DNA from: the human T2T-CHM13v2.0 reference genome, Homo sapiens
NCBI RefSeq assembly: GCF_009914755.1
Contig: NC_060933.1
DNA length: 64,000 nt
Direction: 5' to 3' (one strand)
Positions 27,312 to 43,844 of the stretch are shown here, piece by piece (position 1 is the first letter of the stretch; every line of letters begins with the position of its first letter). The translations under genes and the position numbers were made by a program. The notes below the pieces were generated by a model. It worked only from the letters and a program-made list of their open reading frames with translations. It ran no database searches and was not told the origin of the DNA.

Positions 27312-27882
27312 ATAGGTTACTAACTTCTAATTTTTCCTAATTTGTTCTTTACCTGGAGTTTTAGAAAAGTTATAGGATGTGTAGTATAGTAAAGCCATAT
27401 ATCTAGATGGCATTTACTCAACAATTCTGCATTGGGCCCCTATGATGGGTCAGACAACAGTAAACTAGTGAACACTAGTAACTTGTAGTGAACAAGTCAG
27501 TGTACCTATTTTCTGTTATTCAAGCTTTCATTCCAATGGGAGGAGACAGATTTAAAAAACAAGCAAACAAGCACACGTGATTACAAGTATTGAGTATTAA
27601 GAAAGAAAAACAATCAATAGTGTGAGAGAAAACAAGAGTGGACTTCAGGTCACAGAAAAGCTTCTTTGAGGAGGGGATGTTTAAGCTGAGGTAAAAGGTA
27701 GAAGCCAGCCCTGCTGGAGTGTGGACTGGAGCTCGCTAGGAGGAGGGAAGAGAAGGTACAGGTAACACATGTTTCACATATATCAGCTCACTTAATCCTT
27801 CCAGCAATCATATGTGATAGGCACTATTATTCCCGTTTTTCAAAGCAGATAATATAACAAAGATTTAGGTCCAAATGATTTA

Positions 27883-28324
27883 TAGTTGACCCTTGAACAA
27901 CATAAGGGTTGGGGACAACAGCCCCCTGTGTAGTCAAAAATTTGTATATGACTTTTGACTCCCTGAAAACTTAAATACTAAGAGCCAACTGTTTACTGGA
28001 AGCCTTACCCATAATGTAAACCAGTGATTAACACATATTTTGTGTGTTATATGTATTATATACTGTATTCTTACAATCAACTAAGCTAGATAAAAGAAAG
28101 TGTCATTAAGGAAATCATAAGGAAGAAAAAATATACTTTACTATTGATTAAGTGGAAGTGGATCATCATAAAGGCCTTCATCTATGTGTTTTTCACATTG
28201 AGTAGGCTGAGGAGGAGGAGGAGGAGGAGTTGGTCATGTTGTCTCAAGAGAGGCAGAGGTGGATGAAAATCCACATATACATAGACCTGTGAAGGTCAAA
28301 CTTGTGTTGTTTAAGGGCCAACTG
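27883..28324 (+). mobile_element. Tigger2a (MER28) TcMar-Tigger MITE
   Basis: Terminal inverted repeats TAGTTGACCCTTGAACAAC / GTTGTTTAAGGGCCAACTG with TA duplications on both sides. Confidence 0.9.
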
Positions 28325-28937
28325 TATTTGGGAGTGATCGCAAAAGGGCTATGAAGGAGTGGGGGAATGAGAGAGAGAAGAAAGCAAAACAAATTGGGAG
28401 TACATCGGTGAGCAGATGACTGCTGTGGGAAACCCTAGAGATGCTAATTGGTTTAAGTGAAATCCAAGCATTAAAATTGCATGTTTGTGTGTATGATAAA
28501 AATAAACCTTTATTTGTTTAAGCTATGGTCATTTAGGTGATTGTGCTACTTAAAGCTGAACACATCTCAAGCTGAGATAATTTATGCATATGTGGACACA
28601 CAAATAAGCAATTATTTTTGAATAAATATGGTGATAGAGGGAGGTTGTGCCCACCTCTTGCCAAGGCTATCCTATCAATTCCCTCTCTGCTGTGCAGACC
28701 TACTGTCTTTTCTCTCCATTCTGTGTCTTGTGTACGCTCCAGTGGGATCATTTCTCAACACACAGATCCTACTGCCATAGCCCTGCTCTGGGGGAGCTCA
28801 TCTGATATTATCACTACCTGAGATAGTTCCCTTCTTTACCTGGTCAACTCCTACTCATCTTAAAGATTTGTCTCCAGTGGCACTTCCTTGGCACAGCCTT
28901 TTCTAAAACTCTTCCTACATTCTAGGGCAGACACCTA

Positions 28938-29300
<363 letters not shown>

Positions 29301-29859
29301 GGTGGCCAGGTGATTCTAATGTGTATCCACAGTTAGGAATTGATGCATTAAAGGGATGGAGGGAGATGATTAGCAAAGGGAAAGAAGAGTCCATGCTGTG
29401 TCAAATCCTATTACAGAATAAGAAAAGGAAAGAGACCAAAGAAGGTAAGTCAGAACCCAGTTAAAAACAACATCCTGATAGGAAGATGAAAAGCAAAGGG
29501 CAAGAAGGGTTTGTTTTTTTTTTTCTCTGAGTTGGTTATGATTGTGATACTTCTCAAAGGATCTGGAAGACACAGGCTATTAGAGCAAAAAAGACATAAT
29601 GTTTCTGAAAGGAAAAGGAAAAATGAATGAGTCAAGTTTATTGTCTAGTCAAGATGTGAAGTATACAAAAGAAAACATTAAAACAGGTGTGTCTGGTAAC
29701 AGTGTGTCTAATTGAGAACTGAGGATTGAAGAACACAAACTAGTCATTTGGCATCTTTAAAATTTAGGACTCACTTGGGAATGATTGTAAAGATAAGTGG
29801 CACACATGATGGCCAAGATTCTACAGTGACACTGCCAGGCAGAATTAGGATGAATGAGG

Positions 29860-30200
29860 TATTTATCCTTATGGGGGAGATGGTTGCTGTTCACTGAATA
29901 TGCGTGTGCTGCTCATTTCCCAGTCCCTTTGCATTAGGTAGGGCCATGAGCAACTTTCGGCCCTTAGGTAGAGGTGCAGGAAAGCTGTTCGTTTCTGGGC
30001 ATAATGTGAGACTCTCCAGCTCCCTCTTTCCCTGCACAGTGTTGACAAAGTGGAGATTCCCTTTGTCTACATATGTAAGCAGAGCCAGCCCATTCCTCAA
30101 CCCATGTGGACACAGCATGAGTGAGAAATAAACATTTGTTGTGCTAAGTCACTGAGGTTTAGGGGTTAACTTGTTAATGTAGATAGCTTATCCTGGAGTA
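29860..30200 (+). mobile_element. MLT1I/J-type MaLR LTR
   Basis: AGCATGAGTGAGAAATAAACATTTGTTGTGCTAAGTCACTGAGGTTTAGGGG 3' block. Confidence 0.65.
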
Positions 30201-32229
30201 CTCTGTTCTTTCTGTGTCAGAGAAAAAAAGTCACGATGGAAGAGGACAATATGGCTTGATAAAGTAGGGTTGAGCTTTACAGCTTTTCTAAATAAGATCT
30301 TGGTGAGAATCAAACAATTTTGGACCTGGAACACAGTTGTTAAGGGGAATTATGATAAAGTAGATTGAACACTTAGCTGGGTTTCTTTAACACCCACTTC
30401 CATCTCCCTACAAAGAGGAAAGTGATATTAAAGTCTACCATGTGGCAATTCACATGGCTGTTACTAACTCAAGTATCTGTAGGATCCTTGAACCTATCAC
30501 TAAATACATTCATTAAGTGCCTACTGCGTGCAGATCGATGAAGTAGGTATTATAAAAAAGGATGTAAAAACATGACAAGGCATGATATTATTCCTAATCG
30601 AGGGTTTTTCAGTTCAGAAAGGCGGAAACCGACACCCGCAAATGGAGTTAGGATGGAAGAACTGTAACAGGGAGGACTGATTGGAAGGTGTGAATCTTAA
30701 AGTCGGATTTTGAATGTCTAAAGGGCATGAAAGATAAGGGGGAAATGGCATATGTAAAAATGGAAAGTCTGGAATTAAGAATAACAACATCAGGGACTTC
30801 TAAAAAGCTTTACAAGTCAAGACTTCAGTCTATAAATTTTACATAAAATCTTTAACATCACATTTTGCAACAACATTGGTCGCCAGCTTTTCAAGATGGA
30901 AAAAACACTTTATTTCTTTATCAAGTTAATAAAACCTAATATTAAGGGAAACACATTAATCTTTAATTCAGTGTGAAAATAGAATTCATATGTTGAAACA
31001 GTGCCTTCCCAGAAGTTATAATGGAATTATGGAATTATAAAGTACTCTCTATATTATTTTCTACTTTTTGGTTTGCATTTTTTGATAGATACAAATAAAA
31101 CAAAAATCCAATAAATAATTTGTAGTATAATTGATTTCTTCTCTATAGTATCACAAAGCACTAAAACAGTTTTGATCCTATTCCTAAAATGTAACTATAA
31201 AATGAGAAAAGTTTAATTCAATACTTCTAAATTAACCATTACCCTGCTGATGGTTGCAATGTGAAGTGCCCGTTAATTCCTTATAGTACTTATTTCACAA
31301 GATTACTATTAGTAGGTGGTTTAGGACAAGAACTAGATTATTAAAAGTATGCATTCTTAGTGGTAGTAATATATTATTAACATTTAACTTATTTCTCAAG
31401 AGCCCATTGTTCAAGATTCTGCTATTGCTTTTAAGGAACTGCAAATGTATTATTGGTCAAAGGAGTATTCTTTAAGGTTTACAGTTGGAGTACATATCTA
31501 CTAATATTAGGCTAATTAACTCCCCCAAATAAATATAAATAGTAAACACACAAATATTGTTCAGAGCCTTCATTTTAATTTTTGTATTATATTTTAATTT
31601 ATAGTTCTATCATTTAAATCCTTCAAACTAACTTTAAAAACCAGTATAAAGAACATACTGCCACATTGCCTTCAACAATATATATGTACATGTCTATGTA
31701 TATTGATTTTAACATACCATACACACAATCACAAGCAGGCAAGTACATATAGAAATAGAAAAACATCAAACCATGCTAATAATGATTATATATTACAGGA
31801 GGGAAAATTGTCATGAATGTATTTTTTTTCTTTTTCTTTCTCTACTATTCATGATTTTACAACCCATCTATAATGAGCAAGAACATATATTTTTTTAAAG
31901 TTTATAATTCCTCACTTTATTTTCTTATTGTAAGTACATAAAGTATTAAAATTTTTCAAAGTAAAACTTCATAATCTGATCACTATAACATCATTATAAT
32001 TTTTATAGTATTGCTTTTCATTTACCATCCCACTGCATATGTTTGACAGAAATGCCATAACTTTGCATCTGAAAGTTTTAGAGTAAGTCATATATCCACA
32101 CGCTACAAAATTCAAAATATACAAAAGATGACAATAAAAACTATATATAGTGTAATTTTTAAAAACATAATTGGTACATTTTTCTCTATAATTGGTACAT
32201 TTTTCTCTATCTCAAGACTGTCTTGTTCT

Positions 32230-33480
32230 TTGTAAAGGCAGCATTGTATTATCAAATTCCCTCTTGAGTATTTCAGTTGCTTCTAATTTTTGTTAATGAT
32301 GTAGTGAATATTCTAGTATGTACATATGTAATCTTGCACATTTGTGACTATAGCTGTAGCGTAATTTCTTGGATGTGAAATCTGAGTCTCCATCTATATT
32401 TTAAAAGTTCTGGCCAGGTGCAGTGGCTCATGCCTGTAATCCCAGCATTTTGGGAGGCTAAGGCAGGCATATCACCTGAGGTTGGGAGTTCAAGACCGGC
32501 CTGACCAACATGGAGAAACCCGGTCTCTACTAAAAATACAAAATTAGCTGGAAGTGGTGGTGCATTCCTGTAATCCCAGCAACTTGGGAGGCTGAGGCAG
32601 GAGAATCACTGGAACCCGGCAGGTGGAGGTTGCGGTGAGTCGAGGTTGCCATTGTACTCTAGCCTGGGCAACAAGAGCAAAACTCCATCTCAAAAAAAAA
32701 AAAAAAGAAAAAATGTTCTTGTAGATACTGCTAAATTTTCCTCCATGGAGGTTGTACCATTTTATACTCTTACAAAGAGTGTGTGAAGGATTCAGTTTCC
32801 CTACACTCTTATAAATACTATCTGTTATCAAACTCTGATCTTTCAATTTTGAGGGGTTAAAGTTTATATCTGTTTATTTGCATTCATATGATTATATGTA
32901 TTTATATATAATGAAGTTTAGCATCTTGTCATACTTTTAAAAGGCTTTTGTTTCTTTTTCTGTGAGAACTATTGTTACATTTTGGTCATTTTTTTACTTG
33001 ATTTTTTTTTTGTCTATCTTATTGATGTTAAGAACTCTTTATATTAAGCCTACTTATACATCTCTGTCTCTATATCTATGTATCCATCTAAATAGCTAGT
33101 TGTAAATATAGATGCCCCTTTTCTGTGATGAGTTGCAAATATCTTTTTCCAATTTGTGATTTATCTTTTAAGATTTTAAAAATGACTTTTTTTGTACCAT
33201 GTAGCATATTCAGTTTTGTTTTCAAATTTATCAGTTATTATCTTTTATGGCTTCTAGGTTTTCTATTATACTTAAAAATCTTTCTTCCAATTCAGAGATT
33301 TAAAGATATTTAGTATGTTTTATTTAATTTTTAAGGTTTACAATGTTGATAATTCTGAAATCTATTTTGGAGTAAGGTATGAGGAATAAATCTAATTTAC
33401 TTTTTTTCCAGATGGCTACCTAATGTCACAAACCATTGATTAATAATCTTTACTGGCTTAGAATTCTATCTTTATTATCA
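32230..33480 (-). mobile_element. Old L1M (L1ME-like) fragments interrupted by AluSp
   Basis: Antisense L1 ORF2 3' phrases (TAAATTTTCCTCCATGGAGGTTGTACCATTTTATACTC; TTGCAAATATCTTTTTCC; TTTTGGAGTAAGGTATGAGG). Confidence 0.6.
32412..32712 (+). mobile_element. AluSp SINE
   Basis: CATGGAGAAACC, TTGCGGTGAG, CAACAAGAGCAAAACTCC diagnostics; TSD AAAAGTTCT / AAATGTTCT. Confidence 0.95.
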
Positions 33481-34071
33481 CATAAAATATTTACAATGAG
33501 GAAAAATGAGGCAAAAATTTTGAAAAAATTTAATGTAATCACTTTTAATCTCTGGAAGAATAAGTGAATAGCTATTTCTAAAATATTTTTAAAAACAGAC
33601 AGCATTTACAGATAAAGATAACTAATTAAAAAAACTTAAAGAGAGTGCAAAAGTTAGAGTATAATCACAGAGCATCATATCTGTATTTTTCCTGGTCTGC
33701 TGACTCAGTCTGGGCTAGTTGCACAAGAATCACATGGAGAACATAAAGAAAAGGATAAGGAACTCTAGTTTCTATGGTAGGTTCTAGGCATTTACATTTT
33801 AAAAAATGCTCTAGATAATTTTGAGAGTAAAGCCAGATTAGGAAACCATGGGTTCACATTGTCACAGAATAGTGTTCATTCTATTTTTATTCTGCCTATT
33901 GTGTATAAAATCAGGATATTCCTTAGGAAAAAGGTATCAGATTTATATAATTTACAACTCAAGTATGTGTATATGTTCATTGTCCATTCTTTGAAAGCAC
34001 AGGAATTTCTCAATTCTCTCATACTCTGAAAAGCATAGCTGGCAATATACCTTAGAAAGTGTTTTATTCCC

Positions 34072-34136
34072 TCACGCCACTGCACTCCAGCCTGGCGACA
34101 GAGAGAGACTCAGTCTCAAAAAAAAAAAAAAAAAAA
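34072..34136 (+). mobile_element. Severely 5'-truncated Alu (AluSc-like 3' end)
   Basis: TCACGCCACTGCACTCCAGCCTGGCGACAGAGAGAGACTCAGTCTC + A19; TSD GTTTTATTCCCTC at 34061 and 34137. Confidence 0.92.
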
Positions 34137-34919
34137 GTTTTATTCCCTCCTGTTTTATGCTCTGTCTTCATACTGACAAGGCTGGGTTTAGCCCCCATCC
34201 TCCTCTTTAACCCTTTCCTTGGGCAGTGACCAATAGAAATATCCTGCTTAGCTGCTCCTCCTCCTCCTCAAGAACCTAACGAAGAGCTAGTATTAATCCA
34301 GAAATCGCCAACTTTTACTACAAAAGCCTATTAATTATATATGTAATCCAGGTTTAAAATGATTTAGTTTATCAAAAATAGCATCTATGTGTAATTATTC
34401 ATGTTTCCATGAAAACAAGATATATAAACTAATCACAACTTCAATAACTCTTCTATGGATAAGAGGCTTTCATAAGATCACTGTAGTCAACTAGTCCATC
34501 CTTATCTATAAGTCTCCCCATATCAATCACATCTTTTGTCTTCCAACTTCTAGCACTCTTTCCTGTTTCTGAAAATGCCAGGCTTGCATTCTTCTGTGCC
34601 TTTGGATTTGCTCTTCTCCCTTCCTAATATACTATAACTAACTCCCACTTTGATCATGGTAAAATAGCTATTTGAAAATGAATACTTCCGTAGTAATATC
34701 AACTACTTTCTATTGTTCATTTGTTTATATATCTTCTCATACACTAGAGTTCGAGTGGACTTTGCTCTGGCAATTGGCAAAAGAGTGTCACTGAAACAAT
34801 TAGGTGAAAATTGGAGTTTTACGGTGTGACTAGTTCACATCCAAAAGTAAAGTGCATTATATTTAATGGTGTAGGAGAGGCATATTAGACCCAAAATGTG
34901 TGCCATACTTGGGTTAAAC

Positions 34920-36430
34920 CTATGCTTTTCCATATTACCAAACTGATAAATTAGTAGTCCCCAGGCTGGTGATATCCCTACAATACCAGCAAGAAATAAA
35001 TGCAAACATGCTTAGAGAGAATTTCCCATAATCCAGGCCACTGGAAAAAATATTCCCAGTTAAAATAAACTTACCCTAAAAATATTAAGAACAATCTTAT
35101 GAATTAGAGTTAGCAGAAAAAAGTTTAGCATGCCAAATTCTGAGATTAAGCAATAATCAAAAGCTATAAAATTAGTATCTTTTAAATGAGTAACAAAGAA
35201 AAGAGAAGGACCAAGAAATATAAGAAAAAAACAGGTGAGATAATATCAGGGCAGGTTTTAAAAAAGGAAATAATATTGAACTTTTAGAAATGAAAAAAAA
35301 AATGGGGAATTTAAAGTTAAAATTCAATAGAGAAGTTAAATATCCATTTAGACACAGCTGAAGATAGAATTTATATATTAGAAGACATATATAAAGAGAA
35401 TACCTTAGCTTTAGCACAATGAAATGAAGAGAGGTCAGAGATATGAGTTATATATATATATATTATGTATATTCTCTATTCTATAACTTTTAAGTGAGTT
35501 TGAGAAGACTATAGGTAGAATGGAGGAGACACTGGTTAGATTTTTTTTAACTGGCTGGGTTAACTGAGTATTTCAAAAATAGCTTAATCCTCAATGGTAT
35601 TGACTTTAAAATAAAACTCTTTAAAGTTGCTATTCTATTGGACATAGATGTATTAAGAGGCTTCTTAGAGGAGCTCCTAGATTACAGGCGTAGACTCCAT
35701 TTCCCCATTGTGTAGAGAGCAACCCAAGTTCCCCATGATTGTTAGAATTGGTCATTTCAGCCAGTACAGAAACTTCATTCTTTAAGAGGCTTCCTTCTGG
35801 GACAATTCTTAATAGCAAGAATTCCACTGTGTAATGGTAGGGGAAGGAGTAAAAAACAAATAAATAAAACTTGACTATTTGACACAAGGCATGGAAGGAT
35901 AACACATATGAAAAGACATGACAAATTAAAAGCACAAAATAATCTAAATATATCTAAAGTAACAAAAATATAAATCACAATTTTTACCAAAGTAGAGATT
36001 TTCTGATTGAAGAAAAGCAAAACCTACCTATATGTTATTTCAAAGAGAAACACCTAAAGCCTAATGATACAGGTTGCAAGTAGAAGAAAGGAAACAATAT
36101 GTCAGTCTAATATTGACTAGGAAAAAATAAGTGTAGCTATATATATTATCCTTACTAAGTACAGAATCATTACATAACATAACAATTCATTAGATTCTGT
36201 TAACACTTCAAAACATAGGCTCAGTATACATTAAAAATTGACAGAATTTTACAAAGGTATTATCAAGTCTTAAGTCATGAAAAGAGATTTTCATGACTGT
36301 GTTGCTCTCAGCAGTTGGTAGATTAAGCATGCAGAAATTAATAAGAAAAGATAGAACAAAGTAATTATAAAATCAATCAAATGCACATATATAGAATTCT
36401 GTTCTAAAAATTAGATCAATATAGAATATT
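34920..36430 (+). mobile_element. Very old L1M/HAL1-type ORF1 and ORF2-endonuclease remnants
   Basis: GAACTTTTAGAAATGAAAAA...TTAGACACAGCTGAAGATAGAATT (ORF1-like); CTATATGTTATTTCAAAGAGAAACACCTAAAG (EN QETHL-like). Confidence 0.55.
35531..35840 (-). pseudogene. ERV-L internal fragment (dUTPase region remnant)
   Basis: Translation VSVLAEMTNSNNHGELGLL...YACNLGAPLRSLLIHLCP resembles recalled HERV-L VTVLAGVIDPDYQGEIGLL...YVWNTGDPLGRLLVLPCP; CTACACAATGGG (LHNG) lies in a shifted frame. Confidence 0.65.
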
Positions 36431-36443
36431 AAGACAATCTGTC

Positions 36444-38050
36444 AGGAAAAATCAATATCGTGAAAATGGAGATACTGCCCAAACTAATTTACAGATTCAA
36501 TGCTATCCCCATCAAGCCACCATTGACTTTCTTCACATAATTAGAAAAAACTACTTTAAATTTCATATGGAACCAAAAAAGGGCCTGTATAGCTAAGACA
36601 ATCCTAAGCAAAAAGATCAAAGCTGGAGGTATCGTGTTACCTGACTTCAAACTGTACTACAAGGCTACAGTAATCAAAACAGCATGGTATTGATACCAAA
36701 ACAGATATATAGACTAATGGAACAGGACAGAGGTATCAGAAATAATGCCACACATCTACAACCATTTGATCTTTGACAAACCTGACAAAAACAAGCAATG
36801 GGGAAAGGATTCCCTATTTAATAAATGGTGTTGGGAAAACTGGCTAGTCATATGCAGAAAACTGAAATTGGACCCCTTCCTTATACCTTATACAAAAATT
36901 AACTCAGGATGGATTAAAGACTTAAATCTAAGACGTAAAACCATAAAAACCCTAGAAGGAAACCTAGGAAATACCACTCAAGACATAGGCATAGGCAAAG
37001 AATTCATAACTAAAACACCAAAAGCGATGGCGACAAAAGCCAAAATGGACATATAGGATCTAATTAAACTAAAGAGTTTCTGCACAGCGAAAGAAACTGT
37101 CATCAGAGTGGACAGGTAACCTACAGAATGGGAGAAAATTTTTGCAATCTATCCATCTGACAAAGGGCTAATATCCAGAATCTACCAGGAACTTAAAAAA
37201 ATTTACAAGAAAAAAACAACTCCATCAAAAAGTGGGTGAAGGATATGAACAGACTCTTCTAAAAAAAAAAAGACATTTATGCAGCGAACAAACACATGAA
37301 AAAAAAGCTCATCACTGGTAATTAGAGAAATGCAAATCAAAACCACAATGAGTTACCATCTCACTCCAGTTAGAATGGTGATCTTTAAAGTCAGGAAACA
37401 ACAGGTGCTGGAGAGGATGTGGAAAAATAGGAACGTTTGTACACTGTTGATGGGAGTGTAAATTAGTTCAACCATGTGGAAGACAGTGTGGCAATTCCTC
37501 AAGGATCTAGAACCAGAAATACCATTTGATCCAGCAATCCCATTACTGGGTATATACCTAAAGGATTATAAATCATTCTGCTCTAAAGACACATGCACAC
37601 ATATGTTTATTGCAGCACTACTCACAATAGCAAAGACTTGGAACCAACCCAAATGCCCATCAATGATGGACTGGATAAAGAAAATGTGGCACATATACCC
37701 TGTGGAATACTATGCAGCCATAAAAAAGGACAAGTTCATGTCCTTTGCAGGGACATGGATAAAGCTGGAAACCATCATTTTCAGCAAACTAACACAGGAA
37801 CAGAAAACCAAACACCTCATGTTCTCACTCATAAGTGGAAGTTGAACAATGAGAACACATGGACACAGGGAGGGGAACATCACACACTGGGGCCTGTCAG
37901 GGTGGAGGGCTAGGGGAGGGGTAGCATTAGGAGAAATACGTAATGTAGATGATGGGTTGATAGGTACAGCAAACCACCATGGCACGTGTATACCTATGTA
38001 ACAAACCTGCACATTCTGTGCACATATCCCAGAACTTAAAGTATAATAAA
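36444..38050 (+). mobile_element. 5'-truncated L1PA7-like LINE (ORF2 C-terminus + 3'UTR)
   Basis: Broken ORF2 pieces (36745-37056, 37474-37845); 3'UTR GTAGATGATGGGTTGATAGGTACAGCAAACCACCATGGCACG; no clear TSD. Confidence 0.9.
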
Positions 38051-38064
38051 GGTAAATATTAAAA

Positions 38065-39262
38065 AGTAAAAGATAAGAAATTAGAAGACCAGTACAACAT
38101 CCAAATGGTAGAAGTCTAGAAAAGGAAGGAAAAAGTGGATTAATATTATCAACCAAAAGATTAAACAATTCTCTCAAACTGAAGGACATGAGCTTCAAAG
38201 CACCAGAGAGATCAGTAAGTACAACAGATATAAAGAGACCCATACCAACCAACACAAATGACTTTAGAATTTCAGTACAGTGGGGCCAGACTGATGATTA
38301 TCAAGGTTATAGAAAGAAAAAAAACTAAGATCTAGTACAAAAGATCAGAAAGCACTGGCTTCTGGTTTTTCAACATAAACATTAAAAGGTAGAAAAAAAT
38401 GGCATGTTTCAAAATTCTGAAGAAAAATATTTTCCCTCCCAGATTTTTATGCTCAGCCATGTTATTATTTTGCCATATGTTCCTTCTCTGGAATTTGCTG
38501 GAAAATGTGCTTCAAGAAATGAAGAATAAACCAAAGAACGAAGGCATAGAATGAAAACAAAAGAGTAAAGGTATAAGATACAGGATATACGAGATTTATC
38601 TTAGAAGAAATGCAAAGGAAATATCTGGGATGACAGCAAAGATGATTCTAAGATCATAGCTGTGCATCAGGCGTGCTGGGCAACCATCCAGATTGGAGCA
38701 GTTAGAGGATCTTGGAAAGACTTCTTCAGGAAGGTAAATTTGATGGAATAGCTGATATTCTCATATATCTGATCATCTCAAAATACATTTTAGACAGTGA
38801 AGAGTTTGTTCTTGAATTAATTATAAATTGATAGAAAACTTAGCAAATAAAAACGAGACAGTATATGCTGAGAAAACAAAGTTGTTAGCAAAAGAAAAAT
38901 AATCATAGTTTGCTACATGGTTTAGTTATGAATAGTGTTTGTGTACATATAAACACAGAATATTTAAGTAATCTAAACATATAGCTCTATTAGGATGATA
39001 GAGGGACAGGAGAGAATGAGTGTGATGGGAGCTAGGAGCCAGAGCTGGTCATACAGAGGAAAGTTAATAGAAGATTAAAAGTGAAAAATCAAGAAGCAGC
39101 AATGCAAGGATGTTATTTAAAAATAGGTACTGAAATAATCAGTTAAAATATATAAAAATTATTGCCTTTGTGGATGAGGAAATGATGAGGAGCCTGCTGT
39201 GTTTCATAACAAATAGTCATTTGATTCTTTAAAACATGTTAATCTATAACTTCAATAAAAGT
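38065..39262 (+). mobile_element. HAL1 (half-L1) element, 3' portion
   Basis: AATAAACCAAAGA...GATCATAGCTGTGCATCAGGC...GCAACCATCCAGATTGGAGCAG and 3' end TGCTGTGTTTCATAAC...TTTGATTCTTTAAAAC resemble recalled HAL1. Confidence 0.65.
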
Positions 39263-39704
39263 CTGTCTTAAAATGAAAATCAGTGTAATTTACCTCATTA
39301 ACATCTTAAAAATTGTATCTACCAAGAAATGCAAGACACATGTTTAGTTACATACAACATTTAGTAACATCTCTTAGCAAACTTTCTTAATCTGATAAAT
39401 GGTAATTTAAAAGGCTGTAGAAAATATTATGTTTAATCATGACACAACAAAAGCAACATATTCAAAGCCAGGACAAGTCAAGGATTCCAACTGTCAACAA
39501 CTCCCCTCAGTGTAGCACAGGAGATCTTAGCATGATAAGACAAAGCATGAGAATAGAAAAGGAAAAAAACATATATCATTATTTGCAGGTAATAATATTG
39601 TTTATCAAGAAAAACTCATGTGAATCAAACTATTCAAACTATTCAGGGAGTTCCACAAGGCTGCTAGATACAATATTCATTTAAAGACATGAATAGAACT
39701 CCTA

Positions 39705-39911
<207 letters not shown>

Positions 39912-39914
39912 TTA

Positions 39915-43028
<3,114 letters not shown>

Positions 43029-43346
43029 ACAATGAGAACACATGGACACAGGAAGGGGAACATCACACTCTGGGGACTGTTGTGGGGTGTGGAGAGGGGG
43101 GAGGGATAGCTTTAGGAGATATACCTAATGCTAAATGACGAGTTAATGGGTGCAGCACACCAGCATAACACATGTATACATATGTAACTAACCTGCATAT
43201 TGTGCACATGTACCCTAAAACTTAAAGTATAATAATAATAAAATAAAATAAAAAAAAGAATTCCTATACAGAAGGAACAATTAGAGAGTGCAATTAGAAA
43301 TATCATTAAGAATAACAAAATATTTTAAGACATCTAAGAGCAAATA

Positions 43347-43549
43347 TAGTAAGTCCTCACTTAATGTCATTGGTAGGTTCTTGGAAATTGACTTTAAGCC
43401 AAATGACATATGACACCAAATTTTTTTCTCGTTAGTGTTATAAAGAAATGATGTTGAATGAGATAATGTTATTTCCGCTATATATCATATCAGTTAAAGC
43501 CTCAGGTTCTTCCAAGAACCTATCAATGATATTAACTGGGGACTTACTG
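43347..43549. mobile_element. Tigger-family MITE (MER82/MER6C-like), 203 bp
   Basis: Long terminal inverted repeats TAGTAAGTCCTCACTTAATGTCATTGGTAGGTTCTTGGAA / TTCCAAGAACCTATCAATGATATTAACTGGGGACTTACTG; TA on the left. Confidence 0.85.
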
Positions 43550-43569
43550 CATACAATAAACTGCTGAAG

Positions 43570-43840
43570 TATATATTTTGTAACAAATAGCAGAGCTTCA
43601 GCCAGTCACAGGCAGCCAGCTGATCACAGCATGCCCAAATAAGGCAGAGGCCTTGTGGTAGCTAATCAGGTGATTTTTCTACTTTGTCTCCATTTTTGAT
43701 TCACAGAAGATGTTGCTCACACTGCTGGGTGGAGCTTTCTGTACCTCTTCACCGTCTGAATCCTGCCTGACTCATGAATTATTATTTGCTCAAAGTTAAC
43801 TGTGTTAAACTTACTGTATCTAAAGTTTTTTTTTTTAATA
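43570..43840 (+). mobile_element. ERV1 LTR fragment (MER31/MER67-like)
   Basis: ATGCCCAAATAAGGCA...AATCAGG; end TTTGCTCAAAG...GTTAAACTTA...TCTAAAGTTTTT. Confidence 0.6.
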
Positions 43841-43844
43841 CTTT

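Noticed and set aside
28209-28229. (GAG)7 triplet repeat
   Set aside because: It lies in the purine-rich internal tract normal for Tigger2a and is not coding.
37710-38255. 181-aa minus-strand ORF
   Set aside because: It is the antisense reading of an L1 3'UTR and its flank.
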